From a candidate division FCPU426 bacterium (GTDB lineage Bacteria > Oederibacteriota > Muellerivitia > Muellerivitales > DAHXKG01): a stretch of DNA of 64,000 nt. The stretch lies in assembly GCA_027366525.1 (NCBI GenBank), contig DAHXKG010000005.1, positions 2,575-66,574 on the forward strand, in the 5' to 3' direction. This document shows positions 37,777 to 49,612 of this stretch, one piece after another. The translations under genes and the position numbers were made by a program. Below the pieces are notes generated by a model that saw only the letters and a program-made list of their open reading frames with translations, was not told the DNA's origin and made no database searches. Position 1 is the first letter of the stretch. Every line of letters starts with the position of its first letter.

Positions 37777-40700
37777 TTATTGAAGAATAATAAGTTTAGT
37801 GATGAACCGACCGGATGAAGTATTCACGACTAAATAATAGAGTCCATTGGCTAAAGGTACATGACTTATATCCAAAGGCGTAATCCGAATGATCGACGCG
37901 CCACTTGGGAAAGAACCAAAATCTTGACTGAATATCTTTCGGAATGCGGTTGTGAATATCTGTATCGTTAAGGAATTAACAGACTGGGGTAAAGAAATTT
38001 GTACTTGAAGTGGACCATCACCAAGATATGGATTTGGAAATGGAAGTGCAGACAAATGCTGGATCACAGGTGTGGGGCTTAAGGCATTTTGGAGGATGGG
38101 AGTTGGACTTAAAATGGGTGTCGGTGTGCTGGTTGATGTAAATATGGGAGTCATTGTTTGCGTGGGTGATGTTGTTAAGGTGGGTGTGAAGGTATTTATT
38201 TTAGTAAATGTTGGAGTTGGAGTCAAAGTATAGGTTGGTGTGGAAGTAGTAGTCAAGGTTGGGCTCCATGTAGGAGTGGGTGATAAGGTCAAGGTTACAG
38301 TTGGTGTGGGGGTTGTTGTATCGGTGAATGTGGGCGTAAAGGTAGTCGTATCTGTGGGGGTTAAAGTCAAAGTGTCAGTAGGAAACGGAGTTGATGTTAA
38401 GGTAGGTGAAAATGTCGAGGTTAGGGTAGGGGTGGTTGTCCAAGTCGGTGTTGACGTTTGAGTTGGAGATGAAGTGATGGTTGGAGTTAACGTTGAAGTT
38501 ATTGTCCAAGTCGAGGTTGGGGTAGCTGTAAAAGTATTTGTGGGTGAAGAAGTCGGGGTTGAAGTAGGCGTGGAAGTGAGCGTGGGAGTATAGGTTAAGG
38601 TGGGGGTTGGAGTCTGAGTGGGAGACGGAGTGGATGTTTCGGTTGAAGTAAAAGTGGCCGTTGAAGTCGGCGTCATGGTAGAAGAAGGCGTAGTGGTAGG
38701 CGTGCACTGAATATTATCGTTGACAATTTCAATTCCAGTCACTTCCGCATTATCCTTGGTAGGAACTTCTAAGATATCAATGAGTTGATTGGTTACGGGA
38801 ACGACAAAACTTCGATTATAGGCGGCATATTGTCCAACTTCGGCATAAATATCTAAATTGGTAATGACAGTAACGCCGTTGATCATGACGCTAAAAATCC
38901 GATCATTGGAAGCCGTCCAATATTGCTCCACGAATCGAAGATTAACGGTATAGGTCCCATTGGTGGGAACGGTAAATTTATATTCAACTGGATTGCCGTA
39001 TCGTTCTGTTTGATAAATCGTTGGATTTTTGGTTCCGGAGATTGCATTGGTGATAGTGGCAGCTTGAGTATTGGTTCCTACATAGCCAAACCCACCCGTA
39101 GTATAAGCCTGATCGGGAGACCACGTTCGTCCGAGATTGTCGATATAACCAGTTGTTCCACCTAAACCACAATCAATTCGGATCATGGATTGAGCACAAG
39201 GATTTTCAGTGGGTGTAGGAGTGGGTGGAGGGGTTGGGGTGTTGGTGGGTGTAGGGGTGCACGTGTAGGGAGCACAAGGATTAGGAGCAGTATCATAAGC
39301 TTCTTTTACGGCCCATACGGTATTGGCACGCATATAATAATGTGCACGAACATTTTGAACACCTGAAGTCCAAGCTTCGGGTGTTCGAAACCAAAGTTGG
39401 GCGGTATTCCAAATGGTGTTATAAAGGCTATAGCCAATTTGAGTCGCTTGCGTATTCATGCCAAGTTGGATCATGCCAGCTACAACGCCCCAGGCGGTTC
39501 CCACCCAAGCTTCTTGTGTTTGTGAGGACGAGGTATCAATCGCACCTGCGGCGGTCATGACATTAACCACGCCGTCAGCTCCATTATCAAAAAGTTTATA
39601 GTTATTGTTATAAATCGTTTGAAAAGCACTGATGGCATCGGCGGTAGGAACAATGCTAGGGAGTCCGCAGGCTTCCGCATACCATTCGCCGCATAATTGA
39701 TCATCCATAATACGGGTATCGGCTGGTGGCGTATTCGTTGTACTGTAGTCAATATCATAATAGGTGTTGTTCCACAAGAGCGACTGATAACTGGCTTGTC
39801 CGGTATTAAACCAGCTGGTATAGGATGTGGCAGTGGTTGTATTCCCTTCGGCCGTTGCAATTTGTTCTGCCGCTTCACAGGCGGCGAGAAAGAGTCCACC
39901 ACAGTAAGCGGTATCGCCGGTGAGCGACATGTTGTCGTAGGTTTGATCAACTCCCGAGCTAATTGGAAGTCCGGTGGCATCACATTGACTATGGACTTTA
40001 TTCATAGCGACTTGAACAGCCGGCCAGCAATAATTAAGAAAAGCCGTGTCGGTTTTTCCTGTAATTTCCCAATCCCGGTAAACCATGAGGACAAATTTGG
40101 AATTCAAATCTTTCCAAGTTGTGGTATCGCGATAGGTATAAGCATTCCATTGAGTAAAGCAAGTATTGAGGTCACCCAAATCATGAGCGCAGGTTCCAAT
40201 AGCAGCCGGATAGAAACTTTGAGAGTTAATTAAGCTATTGCTAAATTCTTTTACACATTGTTTATCCAAATTAGGCCAAAGCATAATTAAGGGCCAAGAA
40301 CTATAAAATCGTACATCCGAGGTTTCATAGTAGGGATAAATATAACTTTCCAAATGAGCAAACATATCATCACTGGGATTGGTGTTGGTGGGTTGACCTG
40401 AAGCACCACCGGCTTCCCACATGGTTCCGCTGGTAAAAAGTTCATAGAGTTCATTGAATAAATCGGTTTTTAACCAATCCGGATAAAGTCCATTATTTAG
40501 AATTTGATTCTGCCAGGTTGTGATGGAGGTGTCCCAAGTGGGGTAGTTATTAAGCGCATCATTGGCAATGGCCCACGAATTGCGTCCAGTTTGTCCATAA
40601 TACCGAGTATATTCTCGGTACCATAAATCCCCGGTCCCGCCATCAGCGGCAGCAGGTTCCGCTAACGGAATATCCCAAGACAAAACGATGGGCACCACAA

Positions 40701-41568
40701 TGGATTGCCCAGCTGATAGAGTGGTGGTAAAGGCAATGCCCCCGATAGCATTATTCCCAACGGTATTGTTGAGCTGTCCGGTACTGATAAATTGACTTTG
40801 AAGAGTTTGAATTGTAGTCGCTGATTGGTATGTGATGGTTACCGAGGTACTGGATTGACTGGCTAAACAGAACTCACCTTGAGTTTGATCAGTGGCATTT
40901 CCCGTTCCAGTGCGTGTTAAGATCAGGCCCACGTTGTTATTGACTTGGGTAACGGCAGCTACGCCACCTCCAAAGGTATTGTCCCAAGTGAGCATAACGG
41001 ATACGGTAGTTGGCAGAGAGGTGGGATTGCTGATGGCCCATTTATAAATAGCAACCGGATAAGAGGAACGTTGATAATCATTGGGAATGATCGGACTAAA
41101 TTGTGTGACTGTGGCAGGACATGAAAAAAGATTGCCAGTGTAAGTAACCCATGCTTTGGGGAACAGAGCATAATAAGTGGCTTGACCTGTGCCTAGCGTA
41201 GCCCCATTAAGTTTTTCAGCTGTGGGAGTTCCTCCTTGAGGTTGTTCAAACAAATAAAAATCACAATTGGTATCAACGGTTTGATTATTACTTCCAATAT
41301 TTAATCGACCCAGATAAAAATCACCACTGTACATCCAAGTGATTGTGCCTGCTCCAAATCCACCGATGGGGGCTCCATCATCGTAACCACTGGAACCAAC
41401 ATCTCGACTCCAAGCTTGGGAGGGAATGACTTGAGCATGGAGGCGACTTGCGATTAATCCTGAAAGAATTAATAATAAAAAAATAATTTGAATACGAGCT
41501 GGAATTGAAAAAATTTTTTTTATTGTCATTATTTTAATTTTATCATAAAGCAGAAAATTCAAAGACAA
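37777..41568 (-). CDS. secreted glycoside hydrolase-like protein (GH116/GBA2-like (alpha/alpha)6 candidate) + malectin carbohydrate-binding domain + Thr/Pro linker + C-terminal sorting domain
   Basis: 1,263 aa. Signal peptide (IFLLLILSGLIASRLHAQ). Malectin signature (IRIDCGLGG...W..D..Y...IYQTERYG...YTVNLRFVEQ...RIFSVMINGVTVITNLDIYAEVG). ~210-aa TPT/STP linker. C-terminal ~90 aa similar to the C-terminal domains of neighbouring genes. GH family assignment is tentative. Confidence 0.6.
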   Translation of the reverse strand: MSLNFLLYDKIKIMTIKKIFSIPARIQIIFLLLILSGLIASRLHAQVIPSQAWSRDVGSSGYDDGAPIGGFGAGTITWMYSGDFYLGRLNIGSNNQTVDTNCDFYLFEQPQGGTPTAEKLNGATLGTGQATYYALFPKAWVTYTGNLFSCPATVTQFSPIIPNDYQRSSYPVAIYKWAISNPTSLPTTVSVMLTWDNTFGGGVAAVTQVNNNVGLILTRTGTGNATDQTQGEFCLASQSSTSVTITYQSATTIQTLQSQFISTGQLNNTVGNNAIGGIAFTTTLSAGQSIVVPIVLSWDIPLAEPAAADGGTGDLWYREYTRYYGQTGRNSWAIANDALNNYPTWDTSITTWQNQILNNGLYPDWLKTDLFNELYELFTSGTMWEAGGASGQPTNTNPSDDMFAHLESYIYPYYETSDVRFYSSWPLIMLWPNLDKQCVKEFSNSLINSQSFYPAAIGTCAHDLGDLNTCFTQWNAYTYRDTTTWKDLNSKFVLMVYRDWEITGKTDTAFLNYCWPAVQVAMNKVHSQCDATGLPISSGVDQTYDNMSLTGDTAYCGGLFLAACEAAEQIATAEGNTTTATSYTSWFNTGQASYQSLLWNNTYYDIDYSTTNTPPADTRIMDDQLCGEWYAEACGLPSIVPTADAISAFQTIYNNNYKLFDNGADGVVNVMTAAGAIDTSSSQTQEAWVGTAWGVVAGMIQLGMNTQATQIGYSLYNTIWNTAQLWFRTPEAWTSGVQNVRAHYYMRANTVWAVKEAYDTAPNPCAPYTCTPTPTNTPTPPPTPTPTENPCAQSMIRIDCGLGGTTGYIDNLGRTWSPDQAYTTGGFGYVGTNTQAATITNAISGTKNPTIYQTERYGNPVEYKFTVPTNGTYTVNLRFVEQYWTASNDRIFSVMINGVTVITNLDIYAEVGQYAAYNRSFVVPVTNQLIDILEVPTKDNAEVTGIEIVNDNIQCTPTTTPSSTMTPTSTATFTSTETSTPSPTQTPTPTLTYTPTLTSTPTSTPTSSPTNTFTATPTSTWTITSTLTPTITSSPTQTSTPTWTTTPTLTSTFSPTLTSTPFPTDTLTLTPTDTTTFTPTFTDTTTPTPTVTLTLSPTPTWSPTLTTTSTPTYTLTPTPTFTKINTFTPTLTTSPTQTMTPIFTSTSTPTPILSPTPILQNALSPTPVIQHLSALPFPNPYLGDGPLQVQISLPQSVNSLTIQIFTTAFRKIFSQDFGSFPSGASIIRITPLDISHVPLANGLYYLVVNTSSGRFITKLIILQ
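38075..38705. repeat. low-complexity Thr/Pro/Ser-codon tandem repeat (linker-coding) within 37777-41568
   Basis: Reiterated ACN-CCN codon units. Generates spurious ORFs on other frames (38240-38461, 38375-38707). Confidence 0.8.
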
Positions 41569-43122
41569 AATTGATTGAAGTGCTTTAACGATACACTAAC
41601 TTAAAATTAAAGTTGGATCAGTTTCAAAAAAAAATTTTTTGAAGTGGTCAGTTGTTCAAAATAGCAGGACGATAAAAATCAAATACTAATGAATGAAAAC
41701 GAAATCACAAAATAAAAGAAAACGAGTTCAAATAATTCATTTCAAAAATATTTTTCAGTACACGTTGAACTGGGTTTTAAAAAATCAAGTGACCAGATCC
41801 GTTCAAATGAGTACCGAAAATCAGAAAGGAATTGTTAAGGAAGTGTTGACTGAAATTTAATTCAAATATGAAATTTTGAATTAAATTTGGAGTTGGATCG
41901 TGGGTTCGGACGAGAGGATTTAATCCATTTTCAATTTATGTGAACAGGGCATGAAAATAACATGATAGGAAAATGAAGTTTCGTGATTCATTTTTAAAAA
42001 GTTGATCGGGTATGAAAAAGTGAATAATTAAGTGCAGGGAACGCATAGGAATTTATGACTTGCCGGCAGGGTTTTTTTGGTTTTTTAAACAAAGGACATC
42101 CAATACATTGATTCGTTTAGAGAAATGAGTTGTGTAAAAATCAAATTCAATTTAGAAATTTTGAACATAAGTTTGATAATAAAATCAAGGGACGAGAATT
42201 CTAAAATTAAAGTCATTGATCGTGTCTTTTTTTAAAAAATTGGACCTCTCCTGATTTGAAATTTCTGAACCCAGCGTTAAATCCGTTGTTACGCCGGGCG
42301 AGAGGATTTCCCGTGAGTTGTGACCTGAATGGGCAATGCAGTATTCGTGTAATATCCTTGCATAACTTCACTAGAATATTCGCTCGATTGGGAAAAGAGG
42401 AATCAACCCAGAGTGCCTGTATCAAGAAGGCTAGGAGTTGCAGATAGGACGTTTCATTCATAAAGGAGATCAAAATTTTGGAGGTTAAGCCAAATTTCAA
42501 ACTACCGTTCAGGGTAGGAAATCCTTCTAAAATTGATGAGTGGAATCATTGGGATGCGGGAATGGATCGAGAAATTTGATGATCGAAAAATTGTATCTTG
42601 GATGAATTTTTTTAAAAGAGGAATTAGTGGCGGGGTTGAGAGGCGTGAAGAACGGGGCCATAAAGTCAGGGGGCTTCATGAATACAATGCAAGAGTTTTT
42701 AAGGACGAATTTGATTGAACAGTTGGATAGAACTTTGTGTAACGATAAAATACTTTGATCCATAGAAAATTCAAAGATCTTATTCAGTGATGCGATGCAC
42801 GGATTCACTTCGATTTTAAAAATATCGCGGAAAGTTTTCAAAAAGAAAACCGGCAAGAAAAATTGCATTCATAAATCTTTTTGAGCACTCAAAAAAAGTC
42901 ACATGAGGTTAACGGTTTCCTTGGATTCAAGATCCACATGACGTGGTCAACGATTTCCTAATTTCACTAGTTCAGTTTATTCCAAAAACAGAGAACTATG
43001 ATAATCTTCATATTGCAGTCATTATTTTTAAAAATAAATGCTCAAAGGATGTACATATAAACACGCATAAATTTGAGCAATGAATGGATGAATTTATAGT
43101 TTGATTTTGAATTAAGGTTGCT

Positions 43123-46100
43123 ATGCAAAAATTTTCAACATGGTCTAAGTTTTTTTCTGGTCCATTTTTTATGGTGTGTGTACTCTGTTTTTTTTTTCAA
43201 CTTCGGTATAGTTATGCCCAGCAAGTTTGGCCCAATGGATGTTTCACGGATGACAATTTAACAGATTGGACATCCTCCATCAATGTCGGACCCAATGTTA
43301 TATGCAATCCAGCGGTGAATGTGGTTGTTCCCGGCATTGCTCCCAATTCCAATGGACTTTTGAATATGGTGCCACCCGGTCAGACAAATTCCGTGCAACT
43401 TTTTTCGGGTCGCGGTGATGCGAATCATGAAGATTATGCGCAAGTGTGTAGTACGACAACAGTGCCCACCAATGGCATGTGTTGCTTGCAATTCCTCGTT
43501 GCGGGTATTTTCGAAAATTACCATTATGTGAATGATCCGGGAATACCGAATGATGATGCTTACTTTTTAATTCGAGTTTTTGTGGGAGGAGGCCAGTGTG
43601 GAGCCGGGGGACAATTAGTTTACAGCATTCTCCTGAATTGGGAGTATTTGGTCGGCTCTAATTTGTTAGTGTTAGATGGATTAGTTGGAAATAATGCGGG
43701 AACCGTGGGAGCCACCCCCGGGGGGTGTCCAGTTGCCCCCTCAGACGGAACGAATTGGGGTGTTCTGCCTTGGACGCAGTACACCGTGAATATGTGTCAA
43801 TATGCGGGCCAACAATGTACGCTGGTGGCGGATGAATATGATTGTGGAGAAGGAGGACACTATGGTTGGGGATATTTGGATTGTCCAACGTGGGTGGACT
43901 GTCCGAATCCAACGATTCAATTAACGAAGACCAATAGTCCGACGGGAACCATTAGTCCCGGTCAAGCCATTACGTATACACTATCCTATAAAAATACGAG
44001 TACGTATCCCATTGATGGTGTGGTCATTAATGATACGATTCCGGCCGGAACCAATTTGCTGGGAGGATCAGTGACCAGTAGTCCCTATCAACCGGTCACC
44101 ACTTTAGTTGGACAGGATCTCAGCTGGGATATTGGGTATTTGTCACCTGGAGCGGGCGGGACGCTTTCTTTTAGTGTCACATTTGATGCCATTCGATTGC
44201 CTCCAGGAGAATGTGCGGTCCAAATCCCCAATATTGCGGAAGAAGAAAATTTTGAAACCGATCCAGCGACTTTGCTGTCTAATGCCGTAACCAATTGGAT
44301 GGGATTTACGTGTACACCTTCGCCCACGAAAACCAATACACCGACGCCGACGTATACTCCTACGGTGACGCCCACCTTTACTCCCACCAACACGCCCACG
44401 CATACCCCGACCTTTACGGTTACCAACACGCCCACGAATACCCCGACGTTTACTCCGACGTATACGCCTACGAATACGCCCACGCATACCCCGACCTTTA
44501 CGGTTACCAATACGCCCACGCATACGCCCACCTTTACTCCCACCCACACCCCAACATTTACGCCGACGCATACGCCCACGTTTACGGTTACCAATACGCC
44601 GACCTATACCTCGACGTTTACTCCAACTTACACGCCCACGAATACGCCGACTTATACCCCGACGTATACTCCCACGAACACCCGAACATATACGCCGACC
44701 TTTACGCCTACCGATACGTTTACCAATACACCCACGAATACGGAAACATGGACACCCACAAATACGTTTACCCCCACCTTGACTCCCACCAATACGTGGA
44801 CGCGAACACCAACCTGGACACCAACGAATACCCCCACCGTGACCTTAACCGATACCCCCACAGTCACTCCAACCCATACACCAACGCATACTCCCACGGC
44901 CACGCCTACACCCACCAGTACGTCAACACCGGTTCCCACCCTTCAAATCACGAAGGTCGCTTCGATTTTATCGGCGGCCTCAGGGGATACGGAAGTCTAT
45001 ACGATTCAAGCGCATGTCTTGAATGCTACGGCATTTGACACGTTAGTTTGGGATACCATGCCGTCAAATTTGACTTTTGCAGGTGGTGTTTCACCCGTGG
45101 CCACGATTGTCCCGCTTCCAACTCCGGGAAGTTCTTCAAGTGGAACATTATTAATTTGGAATTTGGGAACTACGCCACCTGGGACGTATACCTTTCGCTA
45201 TGATGCGGTTGTGAATAATTTATTGGTGGGGGGGACGGTGATTGATAATGTGGCATCGATGAACGATCAGGAAGTCTCCATTCCCATTACCGCGAGTGCT
45301 CCGGTAACGGTTCAAGGATCGTATACCATTATCATTGCTGTCTATAACGAGTCGGGAGAAATTGTTAAGCATATTGCTATTACACATTTTTCCGAACCCA
45401 TCAATAGTGCCCAAATTCAAGTCGGATCAACGATTGCAAGTTTGGAACAAACGGTTGGAATTTACTTTGATGGTGTGCTGATCGGCACGTGGAATGGAAC
45501 CAATGATCAAAATCAACCTGTAACGAATGGTCAATATTATGTTCAAATTGATAACGTGGATCCGTTAGGGGCCGTGTCGACGGTAACAAAAGATGTGACG
45601 GTAGATCGAACCATTCAAACCATTCAAGTCATGGTTTATAACGAAGCGGGCGAAGTGGTGCGCCACTTATATACCCAGATGACGGATTATAACGTTGAAA
45701 ATACCATCACAAGTGCTACCCTTTCGACTAATGTGATTTCTCCTAGTTATGTCACGACCCCAACGGGGATTAAAGTGACCTGGTTTGGAAGCCGTGGCAA
45801 TACCGTGGGCACAGCCGTTTGGAATGGTGAAAATGATAAGGGGAAAATTGTGACCAATGGACAGTATTTTATTGAAATCGTTTCGGAAGATGGATCCGGA
45901 TCGAAATTAATTGTCACGAAATCCGTTACGGTTTTAAGCCTCGTGAACTTAGGCGTTATTAATGCAGAACCTAATATTTTAAATCAAGGTCAGACACTGT
46001 TAACCTTCCGCGTGGTTCCTCCGCCGGGAAGTGGTAATTGGACGATGGACAAGGTTCGCGTCTATGATACGGCAGGAGAATTGGTGGGACAAACCAATGG

Positions 46101-46236
46101 CAATCCAGGTATGAATGCAGCAGTTTATAATGCGCAAGGACTGGCCAGCGGCTTGTATTTGGCAGTGGTTGATATTGTCGATAGTGAAGGTCATTTTATT
46201 GGAAGACAAGTTGTTAAGTTTGTGGTCATCCATTGA
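43123..46236 (+). CDS. secreted protein: Cys-rich N-terminal domain + TPT linker + DUF11-like domain + 3x FlgD-Ig-like domains (C-terminal sorting-type domain)
   Basis: 1,037 aa. Signal peptide. ~210-aa T-P-T linker. DUF11-like ([22 protein letters not shown]...[15 protein letters not shown]). Three repeats with [18 protein letters not shown] / [18 protein letters not shown] / [11 protein letters not shown] (FlgD Ig-like pattern). Confidence 0.65.
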   Translation: MQKFSTWSKFFSGPFFMVCVLCFFFQLRYSYAQQVWPNGCFTDDNLTDWTSSINVGPNVICNPAVNVVVPGIAPNSNGLLNMVPPGQTNSVQLFSGRGDANHEDYAQVCSTTTVPTNGMCCLQFLVAGIFENYHYVNDPGIPNDDAYFLIRVFVGGGQCGAGGQLVYSILLNWEYLVGSNLLVLDGLVGNNAGTVGATPGGCPVAPSDGTNWGVLPWTQYTVNMCQYAGQQCTLVADEYDCGEGGHYGWGYLDCPTWVDCPNPTIQLTKTNSPTGTISPGQAITYTLSYKNTSTYPIDGVVINDTIPAGTNLLGGSVTSSPYQPVTTLVGQDLSWDIGYLSPGAGGTLSFSVTFDAIRLPPGECAVQIPNIAEEENFETDPATLLSNAVTNWMGFTCTPSPTKTNTPTPTYTPTVTPTFTPTNTPTHTPTFTVTNTPTNTPTFTPTYTPTNTPTHTPTFTVTNTPTHTPTFTPTHTPTFTPTHTPTFTVTNTPTYTSTFTPTYTPTNTPTYTPTYTPTNTRTYTPTFTPTDTFTNTPTNTETWTPTNTFTPTLTPTNTWTRTPTWTPTNTPTVTLTDTPTVTPTHTPTHTPTATPTPTSTSTPVPTLQITKVASILSAASGDTEVYTIQAHVLNATAFDTLVWDTMPSNLTFAGGVSPVATIVPLPTPGSSSSGTLLIWNLGTTPPGTYTFRYDAVVNNLLVGGTVIDNVASMNDQEVSIPITASAPVTVQGSYTIIIAVYNESGEIVKHIAITHFSEPINSAQIQVGSTIASLEQTVGIYFDGVLIGTWNGTNDQNQPVTNGQYYVQIDNVDPLGAVSTVTKDVTVDRTIQTIQVMVYNEAGEVVRHLYTQMTDYNVENTITSATLSTNVISPSYVTTPTGIKVTWFGSRGNTVGTAVWNGENDKGKIVTNGQYFIEIVSEDGSGSKLIVTKSVTVLSLVNLGVINAEPNILNQGQTLLTFRVVPPPGSGNWTMDKVRVYDTAGELVGQTNGNPGMNAAVYNAQGLASGLYLAVVDIVDSEGHFIGRQVVKFVVIH
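44311..44940. repeat. Thr/Pro-codon tandem repeat (linker-coding, ~24-nt periodicity TFTPTNTP)
   Basis: Repeated ACG CCC ACG / ACC CCG ACC units. Source of spurious antisense/alt-frame ORFs 44088-45038. Confidence 0.85.
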
Positions 46237-46416
46237 GGATGACGGCAGTCATCATTCATTTTGATTGGGTGACGCTGATAAATCCCAAAGATCAAACGGG
46301 TTAGAAACGATATTGAATTGCAGGGAAAAGTAAATTAAAATATTTTTCATCTTCAGAATTTTATTCCTATCAACCCTTAAATCCAACATCAGACTCTGAA
46401 TCAGGAGCTCAATTAG

Positions 46417-49400
46417 TTGAAATCAAAACTAATCATTTGGTTGATATTTTTGTACTTGGGCTTAGCGGTTGTTTTATTGAGCTTTCCCGCCTTCGGTTGG
46501 GGCCAAAGTTGTTCTCCTGCAGTAGCTCAAATCTGCGTTGCGGTAGATGATTATGCGGAAGTGTATATCAATGGAATCTATATAGGGCAGGTTAACTATT
46601 GTAACTGGAATGGAGCTGGAACTTGTCCGCCAGGATGTTTGAACGTTCCGGTTTCGCTATTAACCGGAAGTGACGTGTGTATTGCAATTGAAGATCAAAA
46701 TACAGCTCCTCAAGTGACTTATGCTTCTTGGGATTTGGATATCACCTGTTCCGGTGGATTGCATTCAGAAATTACATCCATGACGAATGATTATACGGGT
46801 TATTATGAACCCTCGGGCAATCCCGCTCCCACTCCATCCAATGATGCCAATGGAAATCCATGGTATTCTCCTAATTATACGGGAACAGGATTTACATCAA
46901 CACCTGCAACGGTGACGGGATCAACTTGGGGACAAGCTATTTTTGATCCGGTGACGGGACAAGAAATTCCTTTTATCTCCAACAATAATACCGGGGATTA
47001 TGGAAGTTCGGTTGGTGCAGTTTTTTGGAGACAATGCGTACCGATTCCGACACCACAACCACTCATTGGGGCTCCAGATATTAATATCACGAAATCACTA
47101 GCCGGGCCGGTTTCAATGTCAGGCGGCGATTTAACGGTGACTTTTAATGTCGCCGTTTGCGATTCAGGAGGTCCAGTGACAGATCCGGTAACGTTGACGG
47201 ATTTTTTCCCTGTGTCCATGGGGTTTAATTTTATCAATTGGGGATACAACGGTGAGTATCCTTATAATAGTCAATATAATGGAGAATCGCCTATTCCTAA
47301 AGCGAATACCTTGGAATTTCCATTCGGGTTAGGCAATGGATGCGTAACCGTACAAGCCGTTGCTGAAAACTATGATTGGCCAGCAAATCAATGCCAGAAT
47401 TTCGTCAATGAAGCGGCACTCGCGTATAATACCAGCGTAAGTATTCTCTCAAACGCAGTAACAGTTTTAGTCCCTTGTTTTACACCCACCGGAACGTTAA
47501 CTCCTTCAGCCACCCCTACCGTTACTAATACCTTTACACCCACCAACACGCCTACCAATACGCCAACCTTTACATCGACAAACACGCCCACCAACACGCC
47601 CACGGTGACCCCGACATTTACGCCAACATGGACTCCAACCTTTACACCGACGAATACACCGACGAATACACCCACCAACACGCCTACGATGACTCCAACC
47701 TTTACGCCAACGTGGACTCCAACGTTTTCGCCAACCTTTACACCGACGAACACGTCTACCAACACACCCACGGTGACCCCTACGTTTACGCCAACATGGA
47801 CTCCAACCTTTACGCCAACCTTTACACCCACTTATACCCCGACGAATACGCCCACGTTTACGGCAACCTCGACGCCGACCAATACATTCACGCCCATCTT
47901 TACACCAACTCAGACACCCACATTCACCGTTACGCCGACATGGACACCCTCCTTGACGCCAACGTGGACGATGTCACCGACGAATACGGCTACGCGTACG
48001 ATGACGCCTACAGTGACCAATACACCCACGCCGTCCAATACGCCGACATGGACCTCCACGACAACGCCAACGAATACATGGACTCCAACGTCTACAGCGA
48101 CGCCGACCTATACACCCACCCATACACCGACTATTACGTCAACACCCACTCCAACTCAGACTCCGACCACGACTCCAACGGCTACAGCTACACCGACTCC
48201 CATCGTGACAGTTCAATTAGCTAAAAAGGCTTCCAATCTAAACCCGTCCTCAGGAGATGTGGTTACCTATACCATCATAGCCCAGGTTTCTAATAATCAA
48301 AGCCAGGATTCAATCCTGTGGGATACAGTTCCAGCTAATTTGACTTATGTTGGAAATGCAACGCCTGTAGCCACTGTTCAAGCTTTGCCGACACCCGGAA
48401 GTACGGCAACAGGCACACTTTTGTCTTGGAACTTAGGAACGGTTTTACCAGGACAATATGTATTCCAATATCAAGCTTCGGTCAATCAATTAGTTCAAGG
48501 CGGCAGTGAAGTTATGAATCAAGCCAATTGGATCGATTTCGAACATCCGACACCTGTCGTTGCAAGTGCCCCCATTACGATTGCTGGCGAATATCAAGTA
48601 AAAATTAATGTTTATAATGAGTCCGGGGAAGTCGTCAAACATATTTTGATCGCAACCTATTCGCAGCCATTAAACAATGTGGATATTCAAATTAATAACT
48701 TGATTTCAACGCTCAATGGAAAAATTGATATTTATTACAAAGGGATTCTTATTGGAAGTTGGAATGGAACCAATGATCAAAATCAGCCGGTAACCAATGG
48801 TCAGTATTATGTTGAAATTGCGAATATTGATCCTTATGGGTCTGTAACCACCGAGACCAAGGATGTAACGGTCGATCGACTTGTTCAAACCTTAAACGTG
48901 TTAATTTATAACGAGGCCGGGGAAGTAGTTCGCCATTTATATCAACAAGCAACCAATTATAGTTTACAGAATGAAGTGGTGCAGATGATTGTTTCTTCTA
49001 ATACCTTGAATCCCAATTACAGTATTAATACTCCAACCATACAAATTCAGTGGAGTAATAGTTCTGGAAATAAGATTGGATCAACCATATGGAATGGACG
49101 AAATGATTCCGGCACGATTGTTACGAATGGGCAATATTTTATCGAAATTACTTCAAATACAACCAATGGAGCCGAAGAAGTAGTGACGCAAGAAGTAACG
49201 GTGTTGAGTAATGGACCGACGACGGGCTCCATTTATGCAGCACCCAATATTTTAAATCATGGCCAGACGAAGTTGGTCCTGAAAGTTAGTCCACCGCTAG
49301 GAGCCGGAAATTGGACCCTAAGCCAAGTTCGGCTGTATGACGTAGATGGAGAATTGGTTGCGCATTTTTCGGGATCTCCCAATACCAATTCAGCAAGCTA

Positions 49401-49509
49401 TAATGTCGCTGGTTTAGCTAGTGGATTGTATTTTGCAGTGGTCAGTCTGAAAGATGCTCAAGGAGATCAACTTGGCCGCCAGGTCGTAAAAGTGGTATTA
49501 CTCCATTAG
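46417..49509 (+). CDS. paralogous secreted protein: distinct N-terminal domain + TPT linker + DUF11-like + 3x FlgD-Ig-like domains
   Basis: 1,030 aa. Signal peptide. Same post-linker architecture and near-identical motifs ([21 protein letters not shown]-terminal [32 protein letters not shown]) as 43123-46236. Confidence 0.65.
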   Translation: MKSKLIIWLIFLYLGLAVVLLSFPAFGWGQSCSPAVAQICVAVDDYAEVYINGIYIGQVNYCNWNGAGTCPPGCLNVPVSLLTGSDVCIAIEDQNTAPQVTYASWDLDITCSGGLHSEITSMTNDYTGYYEPSGNPAPTPSNDANGNPWYSPNYTGTGFTSTPATVTGSTWGQAIFDPVTGQEIPFISNNNTGDYGSSVGAVFWRQCVPIPTPQPLIGAPDINITKSLAGPVSMSGGDLTVTFNVAVCDSGGPVTDPVTLTDFFPVSMGFNFINWGYNGEYPYNSQYNGESPIPKANTLEFPFGLGNGCVTVQAVAENYDWPANQCQNFVNEAALAYNTSVSILSNAVTVLVPCFTPTGTLTPSATPTVTNTFTPTNTPTNTPTFTSTNTPTNTPTVTPTFTPTWTPTFTPTNTPTNTPTNTPTMTPTFTPTWTPTFSPTFTPTNTSTNTPTVTPTFTPTWTPTFTPTFTPTYTPTNTPTFTATSTPTNTFTPIFTPTQTPTFTVTPTWTPSLTPTWTMSPTNTATRTMTPTVTNTPTPSNTPTWTSTTTPTNTWTPTSTATPTYTPTHTPTITSTPTPTQTPTTTPTATATPTPIVTVQLAKKASNLNPSSGDVVTYTIIAQVSNNQSQDSILWDTVPANLTYVGNATPVATVQALPTPGSTATGTLLSWNLGTVLPGQYVFQYQASVNQLVQGGSEVMNQANWIDFEHPTPVVASAPITIAGEYQVKINVYNESGEVVKHILIATYSQPLNNVDIQINNLISTLNGKIDIYYKGILIGSWNGTNDQNQPVTNGQYYVEIANIDPYGSVTTETKDVTVDRLVQTLNVLIYNEAGEVVRHLYQQATNYSLQNEVVQMIVSSNTLNPNYSINTPTIQIQWSNSSGNKIGSTIWNGRNDSGTIVTNGQYFIEITSNTTNGAEEVVTQEVTVLSNGPTTGSIYAAPNILNHGQTKLVLKVSPPLGAGNWTLSQVRLYDVDGELVAHFSGSPNTNSASYNVAGLASGLYFAVVSLKDAQGDQLGRQVVKVVLLH
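47481..48210. repeat. Thr/Pro-codon tandem repeat (linker-coding)
   Basis: As above. Spurious ORFs 47388-47831(-), 47628-48224(+). Confidence 0.85.
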
Positions 49510-49612
49510 CCGTCATATTTAATTTTTCAAACTATGGTACAATTAACAGTTAAGGTTGTGTTTGGGAAATTTAAAACAACGTGGGATAACGAATAAGGGA
49601 TTTTTCTAAAGC

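Noticed and set aside
44088-45038. Long alternative-frame/antisense ORFs (44088-44594 -, 44143-44571 -, 44295-45038 +, 44652-44939 -) with V/G- or R/K-rich translations
   Set aside because: They lie entirely within the Thr/Pro-codon tandem repeat of gene 43123-46236. Their low-complexity translations are a by-product of the ACN-CCN periodicity. The same applies to 38240-38707, 47388-48224 and 50788-51630.
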